From positions 32,614,001 to 32,678,000 of the forward strand of contig NC_045697.1 of the NCBI RefSeq assembly GCF_009834535.1: DNA of 64,000 nucleotides. The letters run 5' to 3'. Source of the stretch: Camelus ferus. Lineage: Eukaryota. A program made the translations under genes and the position numbers. The notes under the pieces were generated by a model that had not been told where the DNA came from, ran no database searches, and saw only the letters and a list, made by a program, of their open reading frames with translations. This document shows, piece by piece, positions 14,031 through 25,274 of this stretch; within the stretch, counting starts at the first letter, position 1, and each line of letters starts with the position of its first letter.

Positions 14031-15019
14031 AGAACAATGGAATGATTGATTAGTAACTCTTGAGTCCTAGGAAAGACATTTACTACTATATTGTAAATGT
14101 GTAGCTACTACATTAAGTGGAAGTTTATAATGTTAATTTTAGCTACTGTCTTGTTTGGTCACATGTATTTTAGTTCCATCTTTGAGAAAATTTCTCTTTT
14201 TTCAATTTTGAGTGTTTTAATTTACCGAATGTTTACTTCATTGTGTAGGGAATCCTCTGAACTTTTCTTCTCATCAAATTCAAACTCCATCTCATTTATT
14301 TTGATTTCATAGGTTTCAATTGCATTTTAATTCTACACACTGAGCTGGGAGTATAAAGTCTACAGGAAAATATTTTGTTCAACCAATGGCTTTTGTACAG
14401 GTGGAAGTGATTTAAAAAATGTTCTATAAAAGATTTTGAGAGAGGTCATCATAATCAGAGGATTATTGTATTCTCAATTATTATTCAGCCTGTACCATGT
14501 GGAATTAGCCATATACTAAGAGAAAGCAGGCTGTTTCTGCTTGCTTCCTGACATTGGAATGGTCTGACATTTGACATCTTGCCATTTGCCAAGAAAATTC
14601 TTAGCTGCAAAGTTTGTCTTTTAGCATTTTACTGACTGAGACCTAAAGTTAAATCTAATAACTTATCTTCTGAGTGTCATTCTATATCTCTTTGAGACTT
14701 GTTTGAACTTCTGTTTTTTCTTCTTTCAAACATATACCAGGTAAACATAATTTTATCTTTTAACATATGTGGGAGCAATGCCAGTAAAAAATTCTTGTGA
14801 ATAAGGGACTTATTGAGTCTGAAGGGTAGAGTGTTAGTACATGAAAGATCAGAACATTAAAATTGATACCCTTTAAATTCAAAATTTTATTAAAATAAAC
14901 TGTATTGTCACTAAATGGAGTTGGTGTTGAAGAAGTCTGAATATTATCATGGGCATGCAGTTCTTTAACAGGAGAGGATCCTAAAGTTGTCTATATGGCT
15001 GATGAAAATCATCCATTTC

Positions 15020-15215
15020 ATAATATTAATGATAGCTCCCACTGAAAGCCTACTATGTACAAGTCAACTGGCCTGAACTCTTTATAGATCTCATATCATT
15101 GAATCCTTTTTAAAGTTTTGTTTATAAACTCATTGTATAGTGAGAATAGGGTGGAAACTAAGAGAACTTCTTGCCCAAGATGTTTCATAGGCTCACAAAG
15201 TATTAAGTAGTTGTG
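15020..15215 (-). mobile_element. MIR SINE (degenerate)
   Basis: GCCTACTATGTAC...ATCATTGAATCCT...GGAAACTAAGAGAACTTCTTGCCCAAG. Confidence 0.55.
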
Positions 15216-15342
15216 GAATTAATAATTTTCATATAAAACATTTCAATAATTTTGAGAAGTTATAAGTGAACAATTCAGGTAAAATTTTCAAAGAAAATAT
15301 GTGCAGATATTTAATTATCACTGGGCAATTATCTTATTGCTG

Positions 15343-15812
15343 GTATTCCAGTTGTAAGGCCTGTGTAACAAATTACCTTAAAAGTTTATGGCATAAAACC
15401 ACCAATCCTCATGCTAATGGATTCTGTGGCTTATGAAGTCAAACAGGACACAGTAAAGACAGTTTTTCTTTGTTTCTGTCCAGAACCTCAGCTGGAGAAC
15501 ACGAGTGCTGGGGGCAGGAATCACATGTGAGATCACTGAGTCACAGGTACAGCAGTTGACAACGGCAGTCCGCTGAGACCTTAGCTGAAGCTAGTAGCCA
15601 GAGCATATACAGTCTCTCTATGTGGGCTGGCCCTTTCCTCTTAGCATGGAGTCTGGGTTCCAGGGAGAAATAGAGCTAGAGATGATAGAGACTTAGAGCT
15701 ATGGAGAACTAGGGAGAGCAAGAGAGAGAGTGAGCAAGCAAGAGAGAAACAGAAATACAGAACTGTATCTTTTATGATTTAGCTTCAAATTCACATAGCA
15801 TCACTTCTGTAA
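15343..15812 (-). mobile_element. MaLR LTR (MLT1F/G/H-like)
   Basis: CTGTGTAACAAATTACC, GGATTCTGTGG, CCTCAGCTGG, GAGAGA tract, CACATAGCATCACTTCTG. Confidence 0.7.
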
Positions 15813-15829
15813 GTCTCTTCCTTGGCCTC

Positions 15830-16235
15830 TATGCAGAGTCTGCTAACTTCTCTCCAAGTCAGCGTTCTTCTATTCTTCCTGGGCATCCTAACTTCCTTCC
15901 AGTAAGATGTGAACCTTGTGACTGACGTATAGCTAATGGAATGTGAGGAAAAGACAGGTACACCTCTTGAAGAATTAGCCGTTAAAACCTTTATGACCAC
16001 TACACCTTGTTCTAATCCCCTTCCAAGCTGGAATATGTTAAACCTGAGGTGACTCTGAAGTAACATGAGAATGATGGCTAACTTTCCATCATCTTTGGGC
16101 CCTCAGTAACTGCACTGAGGAGGACAACCCCACTAACTTTGAAGCTCACCCACTATTACTATGAGAAGAAATTAACTTCTATTCTGTTTGATCCACCATA
16201 TACTTTGATCTATTTTCTATAATATACTCTATCAC
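15830..16235 (+). mobile_element. MaLR LTR fragment (MLT1I/J-like)
   Basis: TGTGACTGA...AATGGAATGTGAG, ATGAGAAGAAATTAACTTCTATT. Confidence 0.55.
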
Positions 16236-16379
16236 ACATAGCCAGCATAGTAACTGGTTAAGGAGTTGAGACTAACTAAATATTTTGGATTGAATAAATA
16301 CCTTTTATGCAATTGTCAACATTATACATAACAATTAAAACCTGTGGACATTCCTACTATAGTTACAAATATAACAAAA

Positions 16380-16980
16380 GTGACATCTTTTGATGGTATT
16401 GCTTAAAATTGCTCTGAAAATTCTAACAAAGAAAAAGAGAAATTAAATATATACTTATTGGAAAGGAAGAAGGACAAAATAATAAGTGTATAATAGGATT
16501 ACTTAGAAAAATCAATGAAAGAAATAAATAAAACTAAGAGTACAATGAGATAGCTTTTAAAAATAAATATCAAAATTTGATAGCTGTTCTACAAATATGT
16601 AAACTTATCAGAAAACATAAATTAATACAAATTAAACCTATTTTATTCATACTAAAAATAAAATTTTAAACATGTAGGGATAAACTTTAATAAGAATAGT
16701 TCTTTAAAAAGAATTATTAGAAAAATAGTATCCAGAGCATATTTTAATGTCTATCAAAATAGTATCAGAGCGTATGTTAAAAGATAATTTTAAAAACCTT
16801 AAGAGCACAAGAAATTGTAATAAAGTCAGATATGCACTATATTCCTATGTGAGATGACTGATGAGTATGATGCTTATTTTACACAAATCAATTTGTAAAG
16901 TAAATGCAATTGGTGTCAAGTCAGTACATCTAGCAATTTGAGTTATCAAGGAAATTTTAAAAATAAAATGGAATAAAATA
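16380..16980 (+). mobile_element. Highly decayed L1 ORF2 fragment
   Basis: ATTGGAAAGGAAGAAG, TACTTAGAAAAATCAA, TAGGGATAAACTTTAATAAGA, AAATGCAATT occur in L1 RT-region order. Confidence 0.55.
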
Positions 16981-18252
16981 TAAGTAATATGCAGAACATA
17001 AGAGCTTACAACTTAGTAGAGGGAAAAGTTAGTGCAAAGTATTTATTTCTATAGTTTGTGGAAAGAAAACAATGAAAAATTTTATATAGATATTTAAAAC
17101 CAGTTATTATTTTGCTATAAAACTCCTTAAAACCAAAGTAGTAGCAATTATATAGAGACACACACAAGTACACAAGGTTCTGGGATATGACACAGAATGA
17201 AGTGTATAGGGAGGTGTTGCTAAAAATGAAGCTGAGAGTTACTTTCTACAGAGATATTATGGAGAAAATATTCACTTTATACTCAAAGGCACTCAAGGTT
17301 TAGCTTTGTAAAGATTTTTAGGAATCTGTAGGTCTGTCCTTTGAGAGTTTTGCAGTGATAAGGAATGCCATAGCTGTTAAGAACACAGGAAGAAGTACAC
17401 TGTGAATTCATTTATTTTACTTTATATTAAAATCTTAATTTATCAAAAATTTGTGTTAAAGTAGATTTTATTTTTCTAAAATTTTAAAGATGGCTTAAAT
17501 TTGTAAATCTATATTTAAAAGCGAAAATTTACATTAAAAGAGTCATTCACATTTCTCAGAATGGTAAACTGCAGTCCTGTAAGGTAAAGGAGAAAGTCAA
17601 GGTCCTATTACAAGGCAGAACAAGGGGAGAGGAAAAAAATTCTGCTAAATGAGCTGTAGCTCTACCCACGCTGAGAAGTGGTAGAAGGAAAAATGCTCTT
17701 TGATTCTTGGAAAGATATGCTATTAACCCACTAAGTTTATTTCTTTAAGGTATATCTTAGCAAGACCAAAATTGTGTCATTTTTCTTTCCAGTGGTTAAT
17801 TTATATAGTTCAGAAACCTACTAAACAAACAAACAAACTTTGATCCTAAAAGCAAGGAGAATCGGCAATACAGAATAATTTAGGGACTATTCCTCTAATT
17901 CGGTGAAGGTTTATAGGTATGTACACAGCCCCATGTGTAATCCAAAGACCTTGCACAGAGCATCTGTAAATGATGTCTCAAGCAAGAGAAGAAATATTCC
18001 TATATTACATATAAAGGCTTAAAAACATTTTTTTTATATTAACTGACAGAGGTAAAAGTTGCACAGGTAAACTCTACTGAACCATTTAGTACATTTTACT
18101 GAAGCATTCTAATTACCACTTAATAACTACTCTTAAAATTTAATTTGTCAAAGGTAAGTAATACTGTTTATGTGATACCTGGAGAGAAATTTTGAGTGTG
18201 GATCAATTTCCTTTATTTGCTAGAATAAAAATACTTTCATTGACCGTGAAGA

Positions 18253-19950
18253 CATGCTCTTGGATTGGGAGAATCAGTATTGTTAAAATGGTCACACTAC
18301 CCGAGGCAATCTACAGATTTCATGCAATCTCTATCAAATTACCCAGGATATATTTCACAGAACTAAAACAAATCATAATAAAATTTATATGGAACCATCA
18401 AAGACCTAGAATTGCCAAAGCATTACTGAAGAGAAAGAAAGAGGCTGGAGGAATAACTCTCCCAGACTTCAGACAATACTACACAGCTACAGTCATCAAG
18501 ACAGGATGGTATTGGTACAAAAACAGACATATAGACCAATGGAACAGAATAGAGAGCCTAGAAATGAACCCACAAACTTTTGGTCAACTCATCTTCGACA
18601 AAGGAGGCAAGAATATACAATGGAATAAAGACAGTCTCTTCAGCAAATGGTGTTGGGAAAAATGGACAGCAGCATGTAAAGCAATGAAGCCTGAACACTC
18701 CCTTACACCATACACAAAAATAAACTCAAAATGGATCAAAGACTTAAACATAAGACAAGATACAATAAACCTCCTAGAAAAAAATATAGGCAAAACATTA
18801 CCTCACATACATCTCAAAAATGTTCTCCTAGAACAGTCTACTCAAGCAATAGAAATAAAAGCAAAAATAAACAAATGGGACCTAATTAAACTTACAAGCT
18901 TCTGCACAGCAAAGGAACCATAAGTAAAACGAAAAGACAACCTATGGAATGGGAGAAAATTTTTGCAAATGAAACCAACAAAGGCTTGATCTCCAGAATA
19001 TATAAGCAGCTCATACGACTTAATAAGAAACAACCAAACAACCCAATCCAAAAATAAGCAAAAGACCTAAACAAGCAATTCTCAAAGGAAGAAATACAAA
19101 TGATCAATAGGCACGTGAAAAAAAATGTTCAATATCACCTCACACCAGTCAGAATGGTCATCATTCAAAAATCCACAAATGACAAACACTGGCGAGGCTG
19201 TGAGAAAGGGGAACCCTCCTACACTGCTGGTGGGAATGCAGTTTGGTGCAGCCACTGTGGAAAACAGTATGGAGATTCCTCAAAAGACTAGGAATAGACT
19301 TAGCATATGACCCAGGAATCCTGCTTCTGGGCATATATCAAGAAGGAACCCTACTTCAAAATGACACCTGCACCCCAATGTTGACAGCAGCACTATTTAC
19401 AATAGCCAAGACACGGAAACAGCCTAAATGTCCATCAACAGATGACTGGATAAAGAAGAGGTGGTATATTTATACAATGGAATACTACTCAGCCATAAAA
19501 ACTGACAACATAATGCCATTTGCAGCAACATGGATGCTCCTGGAGAATGTCATTCTAAGTGAAGTAAGCCAGAAAGAGAAAGAAAAATACCATATGAGAT
19601 CGCTCATATGTGGAATCTAAATAAAACAAAAACAAAAACAAAAACAAACAAACAAAGCATAAATACAAAACAGAAACAGACTCATAGACATAGAATACAA
19701 ACTTGTGGTTGCCAAGGGGACAGAGGTGGGAAGGGATAGATGGGATTTCAAAATTGTAGAATAGATAAACAAGATTATACTGTAAAGCACAGGGAAATAT
19801 ACACAAGATCTTATGGTAGCTCACAGAGAAAAAAATGTGACAATGAATATATATATGTTCATGTATAACTGAAAAATTGTGCTCTACACTGGAATTTGAC
19901 ACAACATTGTAAAATGATTATAAATTAATAAAAAATGTTAAAAAAAAAAA
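18253..19950 (+). mobile_element. Young 5'-truncated L1 (ORF2 C-terminal third, 3' UTR, poly-A)
   Basis: ORFs 18192..18923 ([12 protein letters not shown]...[16 protein letters not shown]) and 19243..19620 ([11 protein letters not shown]...YTMEYYSAIK) are L1 ORF2p; AATAAA and poly-A at 19927-19950; frameshift near 18918; possible short TSD GTGAAGA 18246-18252 / GCGAAGA 19951-19957. Confidence 0.97.
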
Positions 19951-20154
19951 GCGAAGAATACACCTAAAGATTCAGTCTGAAGCACTGTCAGTAATCATAC
20001 TTTCCCTGGTACCTTGATTTTTTCTATATTGTATAATGTTTACTTTTATTACATTTCCTTATCTGTGTCATTTCTTATTGGTATATTCACAGATGTTTTC
20101 TCACATGAAATAAAAGTCGGTGTAACAAAAATAATTTTAAGAATAATTTAAAAA

Positions 20155-20345
20155 ATCTGGCTTTGATATAGCTTGGCTACTTAGTAGCTCTTGGATCGTG
20201 CACCTGACTTGAACTCTCTTAGCTTCACTTTCCCAGTTTACAAAACGAGAACTCTCAGTCTACCTCACAGTATTGTTATCAGGGTCTATTAGGATGACTG
20301 TTAGGAAATTGTTTTGTTAACTATAACATGCCGCATGATTACAAG
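20155..20345 (+). mobile_element. MIR SINE (degenerate)
   Basis: CTACTTAGTAGCT...TGACTTGAACTCTCTTAGCTTCACTTTCCC...CTACCTCACAG core. Confidence 0.6.
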
Positions 20346-20994
20346 TAAGTAGTAATATGTTCAATAGGGATTCTTTCCATATGACCTTGTGCCTGCAGCA
20401 TCTCTCAGTGGTGTCCACATTGGTTGTGTTCATCCATCCACTGGCCCCTGGAGAGTCATGCCTGATACAACTTATTATTGTGCAGGCTCTGTTTCTGCTT
20501 TCATCAGCTTTGAAACTCTTGGCTCCAAATGGCAATTGCCTGCTCCATTGGTCTGCCAAAAGATTGAGTTTCCTAGCAGTCAATGTCTATGTCTGTCTGA
20601 AATTCTTCCACAGTGAATCTTAGGAATGTTTCATCAATCTTCCCTGCTGAAAGTGATTCTGCTTTAGTCTAGGATACAGGAAGTGAGTGAATATCTTCCT
20701 GGCATTGAAGATGCACACACGTCCTGCCCAGAGGTCTGTGCTGCAGCCTGCGGAGTTGCAATATGGTCGAGCTGAATTCATTCTAAGAAACCATTCTAGC
20801 TGATCCTGGCAAGTTCATAAAGCCAAGCCTGGCATGTGCCATGTGCTAATTTATGATCTTCTTATGGGCTCATGATGCCTAATAGAGTGCTGATCTCACT
20901 GTGGATATTTAATTACAATTTTGGTTCCATTGGTAATTTGTGTAACAAATGATAAATATCAAGTTTCAGAAGACTTTGCCTTGGAGATAATACA

Positions 20995-21200
20995 AGTAAC
21001 GTATTTACTGAACACTTACTATGTCAGATATTTTAAAATATACTATATGTCACCACTTTTTACTCCTTTAGTATTACTACACAGGTTTTCTGATAACAAA
21101 ACTTAGGCACATGGGGTTCAAGGAATCTGCCTCAAAGAGCTAGTAAAGAATGTACCCTGGATTTGCGGAGAGGACCTGCCTCTGAATTTGGGCTATTAAA
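20995..21200 (-). mobile_element. MIR SINE (degenerate)
   Basis: ATTTACTGAACACTTACTATGTCAG...AAACTTAGGCACATGGGGTTCAAG. Confidence 0.6.
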
Positions 21201-23119
21201 TCACTCCCCAATTATGCCTTCTAGCCATTTTGGTATCCTTGTCAGTGGAGAGATGTCTAAACACTGGACTGAATACTTGAGAAGGAAAAACTTCATACAA
21301 ACCTCTCCTAATATATACTTTGGTAAGATAGAATTAACAGTTCTACCCAGAGCTGTTTCTGGGATTATGAGTGTTGTATTTATGTGAGTGTGTTTGGGTG
21401 TATAAGTTGGGGCATTAAGACGTGCAATGCCACTTATTTTTTGAGGAAAGTTATCTCATTTTTTTTTTTTGATGAAGGAGGTTAAAGTACATTAAAATAG
21501 CATAATAATGCAACCATTTAACCCACTAAAAAGTATCCTTTAGGGGAGTTTGATCACATGTTTAAGACAATTGGGAGAGGGCTCTCCCTTAATTTAGTAA
21601 GAGCAACAAGAAAAACTATGGGATTAAACAGTTTAACATCAGTTAACCTAACAGGCTGGGTATAAGGAGTTAAAATAACCTAGGTTAGTAACTCCCTGAT
21701 GTCTGTGTAACATCAGGAGGAGTTACTGGAGTCCAGCGGCCATGGGAGCCTTGGAGTAACAGTCACAGCATAGAGTAAAGTAACCCTTTCCTGGGGCAGA
21801 AAATGGTGATAAGCAGTCATGTTACAAGGTTTTCCATGACACAACAGAGCAGTCATCAGTACCAGAAAAGAGGAAATGTAAAACTTATTTAGGATAATTA
21901 GTGAAAAACTTAGGACTCTATGAAAGAAGAGGAGAGAGAAATTGTGTTGGTTTTCTGATATCTCACAGCTAGTGTTCTCAACAGTAAAATCTATTTTTTA
22001 TTTCCTTTTTTATATCTTATATTAACTGTATACAACTATCAAAATCCTTCCAGACTGAGAAACCAACATATATATCTATCTATATACAGAGAGATAGACA
22101 CATATGTAAAAGGGAAAAAGGGAAAACCTGTATGATATTTGATCTATTATTTGTTTTTGTATTGAGTTGGATTAATTCATCCAGCAACATGAAGCTACAT
22201 TATAATCACACTTACTTATCCTGATGTTTAAGAATAATCTACCTGAGAAGACCTAAGTGTGCAATCTTTCATACAAGAGATAAATTGAGGGTAAAATTCC
22301 TGTTAAATCAATATTACTGACAACTAAACATGACTTTTAAAATATTTCTATTTCTTAACGATCTCAAAAATAATTCGGGACAAAAAGTATTCTTTTTGGA
22401 TAGTAACCTATTTCTGCTTTTGTTGAAACTTATTTAAGGGTTATATAATCAATATTGTTTGTCTAGGTTTCTTACAAGATGATAAGTTAAAATGTGGTAT
22501 TCTGACTCCATTATTTTCTCAAATTATCACCAAAGAGATAAAAAAGACGCAAGCATGTGACAAGCAACACAATTGCCTACATTCTTTGAAAAGGCATTTT
22601 TTTTCCTTCTGTAAATGTTTGTATACTTGGTCTTTTTCAAGTAGAAAGCACATAATAAGACATCTTCTTTGTTCAGAGGGAAAAAAATGGGTGAGGATAG
22701 CAAGAATTAGAAAGTCTGTCTTGACTTCCTGAATTCATATGGTAAGTAAAAACAATTCTTAATTTACTGATTTTCAAAATTGGGCAAGACTATGCCACTT
22801 GAGTATGAAAGGTAGAAGTTTCGAAGCTATTATCAAAACTTATAAACACAGTATTGAATCAGTTGCTCATGTGTATTGAATATCATTCCATGAAAATGCA
22901 AATTGTGCTTTAGTGGACTACAGAATGGAAAAGAAAAAAGGAGACAGTTGCCAAATCTATTAGAGTACATTAATCACTCTTAGTGGATTGTAATTCTTGA
23001 ACAGTTTTACCATACAAGGTATGGATGAAGCAATCAAGGGAACTACCTTGTTTAATCCTTGATATCTACCATTATAGACTAAATTGTGTCCCCTCCAACT
23101 AATTGTGTCCCCTCCATAG

Positions 23120-23870
23120 TTTTAGAAGGATGGGTGTTAACTAGGAGTTGGGCTGTATTTAATGTTTGCTATAACTGTAAGTGCCAGAATGTAAGTTCAT
23201 ATTCCTCTCTTTGTCTCTCTTGTTATTTTGAGCTTCCTTAACAACTGCTCCTCAGAGAGACTCTGTTTTGCAGTCCTTTCAGCTGTATTCACTGGCATTA
23301 TTCTGGACATCTAAGGTATGGGTGATGAGTACTATTCTATAATTTTATAATTAAATATAATTTTTGGTGGTGCTGTCTATCTGGGCTAAAATCCTCACAA
23401 GGAGTTAGACATCCATGCCATGTCCTGCCCTCCCCCTAACATCTCACCCCATAGTAAGACAGAAATGCTAGGGAGAAGTATTTCATAATATCTAATCTCT
23501 CTGTCCCTGGCCAGGGCCATGAGGGGATCTTTCTTGGCTCTTTACCATAAGAACTTGGTGGCATAAACCCCATAAAGGAGTCAGAGGAGTGAGCAGGGGA
23601 TTGGGGATTAATATTGCAGCCCTCAGGAGTTTCTCATTCTCTACTGGTTAATATTAGACATCTAACAATTGGTCTAAGTTATTTAACTGTTCCCATCAGT
23701 TTATAGTTCCAGTGGCTTCTGTTCCAGGTAAGCAGATTCTTGGCTGTGACTCTCTGGTCTGTTTTTCCTTCTGGGGAGATGGTAGTTTGTTTTATGACCT
23801 CATTGATATTTGATTTGGTTTACCTTTTCTTGTCATAAATATGAAATTGATGACCTTCCAGTTTCCTATG
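23120..23870 (-). mobile_element. Old L1 5' region fragment (L1MC/MD-like)
   Basis: Shares antisense motifs with 10.8-11.3 kb (ATTCTATA, GGGGATCTTTCT, GGAGTTTCTCATTCTC). Confidence 0.5.
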
Positions 23871-24689
23871 TATCAAAGCTGAAGTTCTTGTACTATTTTT
23901 AATTTTGAAGAATTTATACAAATACATATGTAGATAACATATAAATAATACAGCATGAAAAATCAAAGTAATACCCTTGTAGCTACCAGGCAATTTAAGG
24001 AAGATGGTGATACAATATTGTTGAAGCTTTGGGTATGCTTCTCCAGCAACTTCATGTCTGTTCCCTTCAGAGATAAACACTACCCTAACTTGTACCCTAA
24101 ATTTGAATACTCTATCATTCTCTTGCTTGTATTCATAGTTTTACTATATATGTATATATCCCTAGCAATATATTTTGCTTGTGGTATTTGTCAGGAGACT
24201 GTATAGATAAACTATTTTGTAGATAAACTATTTTTCCTAAGAAATTTTTATATTTTATGACCTTGAGTGCTACCACTGAACTTCTTAATATAAAACCAGT
24301 GTTAAAAATGCACTGCTACTATTGAAATTTTATGTATAAATCCAGTGTTAAAAAATACACTGTAGTGAATACAAAAGTTACATTTAGTAAGTTTTAAAAA
24401 TGTCAAAAATGTGTTTAATTATTGCTATGAAAATACTAGATTCACAGCATGGATTCTAGACAAAAAGGATATGCTTTAGTTTATAAGACAGTTTAACAAA
24501 ATCAAAAACTAATTGCTACGATTATTTCTGTCTTCTGTTATACTGATATATTTTTCCCACTTAGTAATTATTTGTTTATATCCTGATATATTACTAATTA
24601 GGGAATTGCATAGTCCTTTATTTTCTACTAATGCATTTTATTTCATAACTAAAATTTTTCTTTTTACAATTTTGATAGCTTTGCTCTTC

Positions 24690-25230
24690 AATTTTGACCA
24701 CACTCTCTCTGACAGGTACTTACATTTTACTCTCATACTCTTTCGAATCGTTAAGCATATCAGCAATGAGTTATTCCTTTCCATTTCACCTAGTTAATTA
24801 TATCTCCTCTTTTGGATCATTACATTTGATTCTCTGGCCTTCCCTTATTCCACTGACCATTTATCTCCACCACTGCTTGCTTAATTCAAGCTCCCCAAAT
24901 CTCTCCCCTCATTCCTTATAATAGCCTGCTATTTGGTTTACCTGCTTACACTCTTAACCCCTAAAATCCATTACTTCTGCAGAGGCAAAGTGATTTTTCT
25001 CAAAACAAATTTAAAAAAAAAATCTTGTCTATGATTTAAATTTTCTGAAACTTTCCCAGCACATTTAGAACACATATCCTTACATTACCTGTCCATTACT
25101 TACTTCTCTGACTGCACTGCTTTCCAACAGTCCTTTACTGCTATAATCTAGTCCCATTAGCAGTACCTTTCTGCTCCTTCTTGAAGCCAATATAAGTCTT
25201 ATTTTAAAGCCTTAAAACTAGCTTTTTATT
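24690..25230 (+). mobile_element. L2 LINE fragment
   Basis: AATAGCCTGCTATTTGGTTTACCTGCTT, AATCCATT, AGTGATTTTTCTCAAAAC. Confidence 0.6.
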
Positions 25231-25274
25231 TTAAAACCTTAAAACTACTTTTCATGAACAAAGTCAGGACTAAC

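Noticed and set aside
18192..18923. 243-aa ORF as a host or chimeric gene
   Set aside because: It is L1 ORF2 sequence; the first ~20 codons are chance read-through from the flank, from a TTG start.
19555..19902. ORFs with identical N-termini at 19555..19902 and 47104..47316 as a duplicated gene
   Set aside because: Both are antisense readings of the same young L1 3' UTR.
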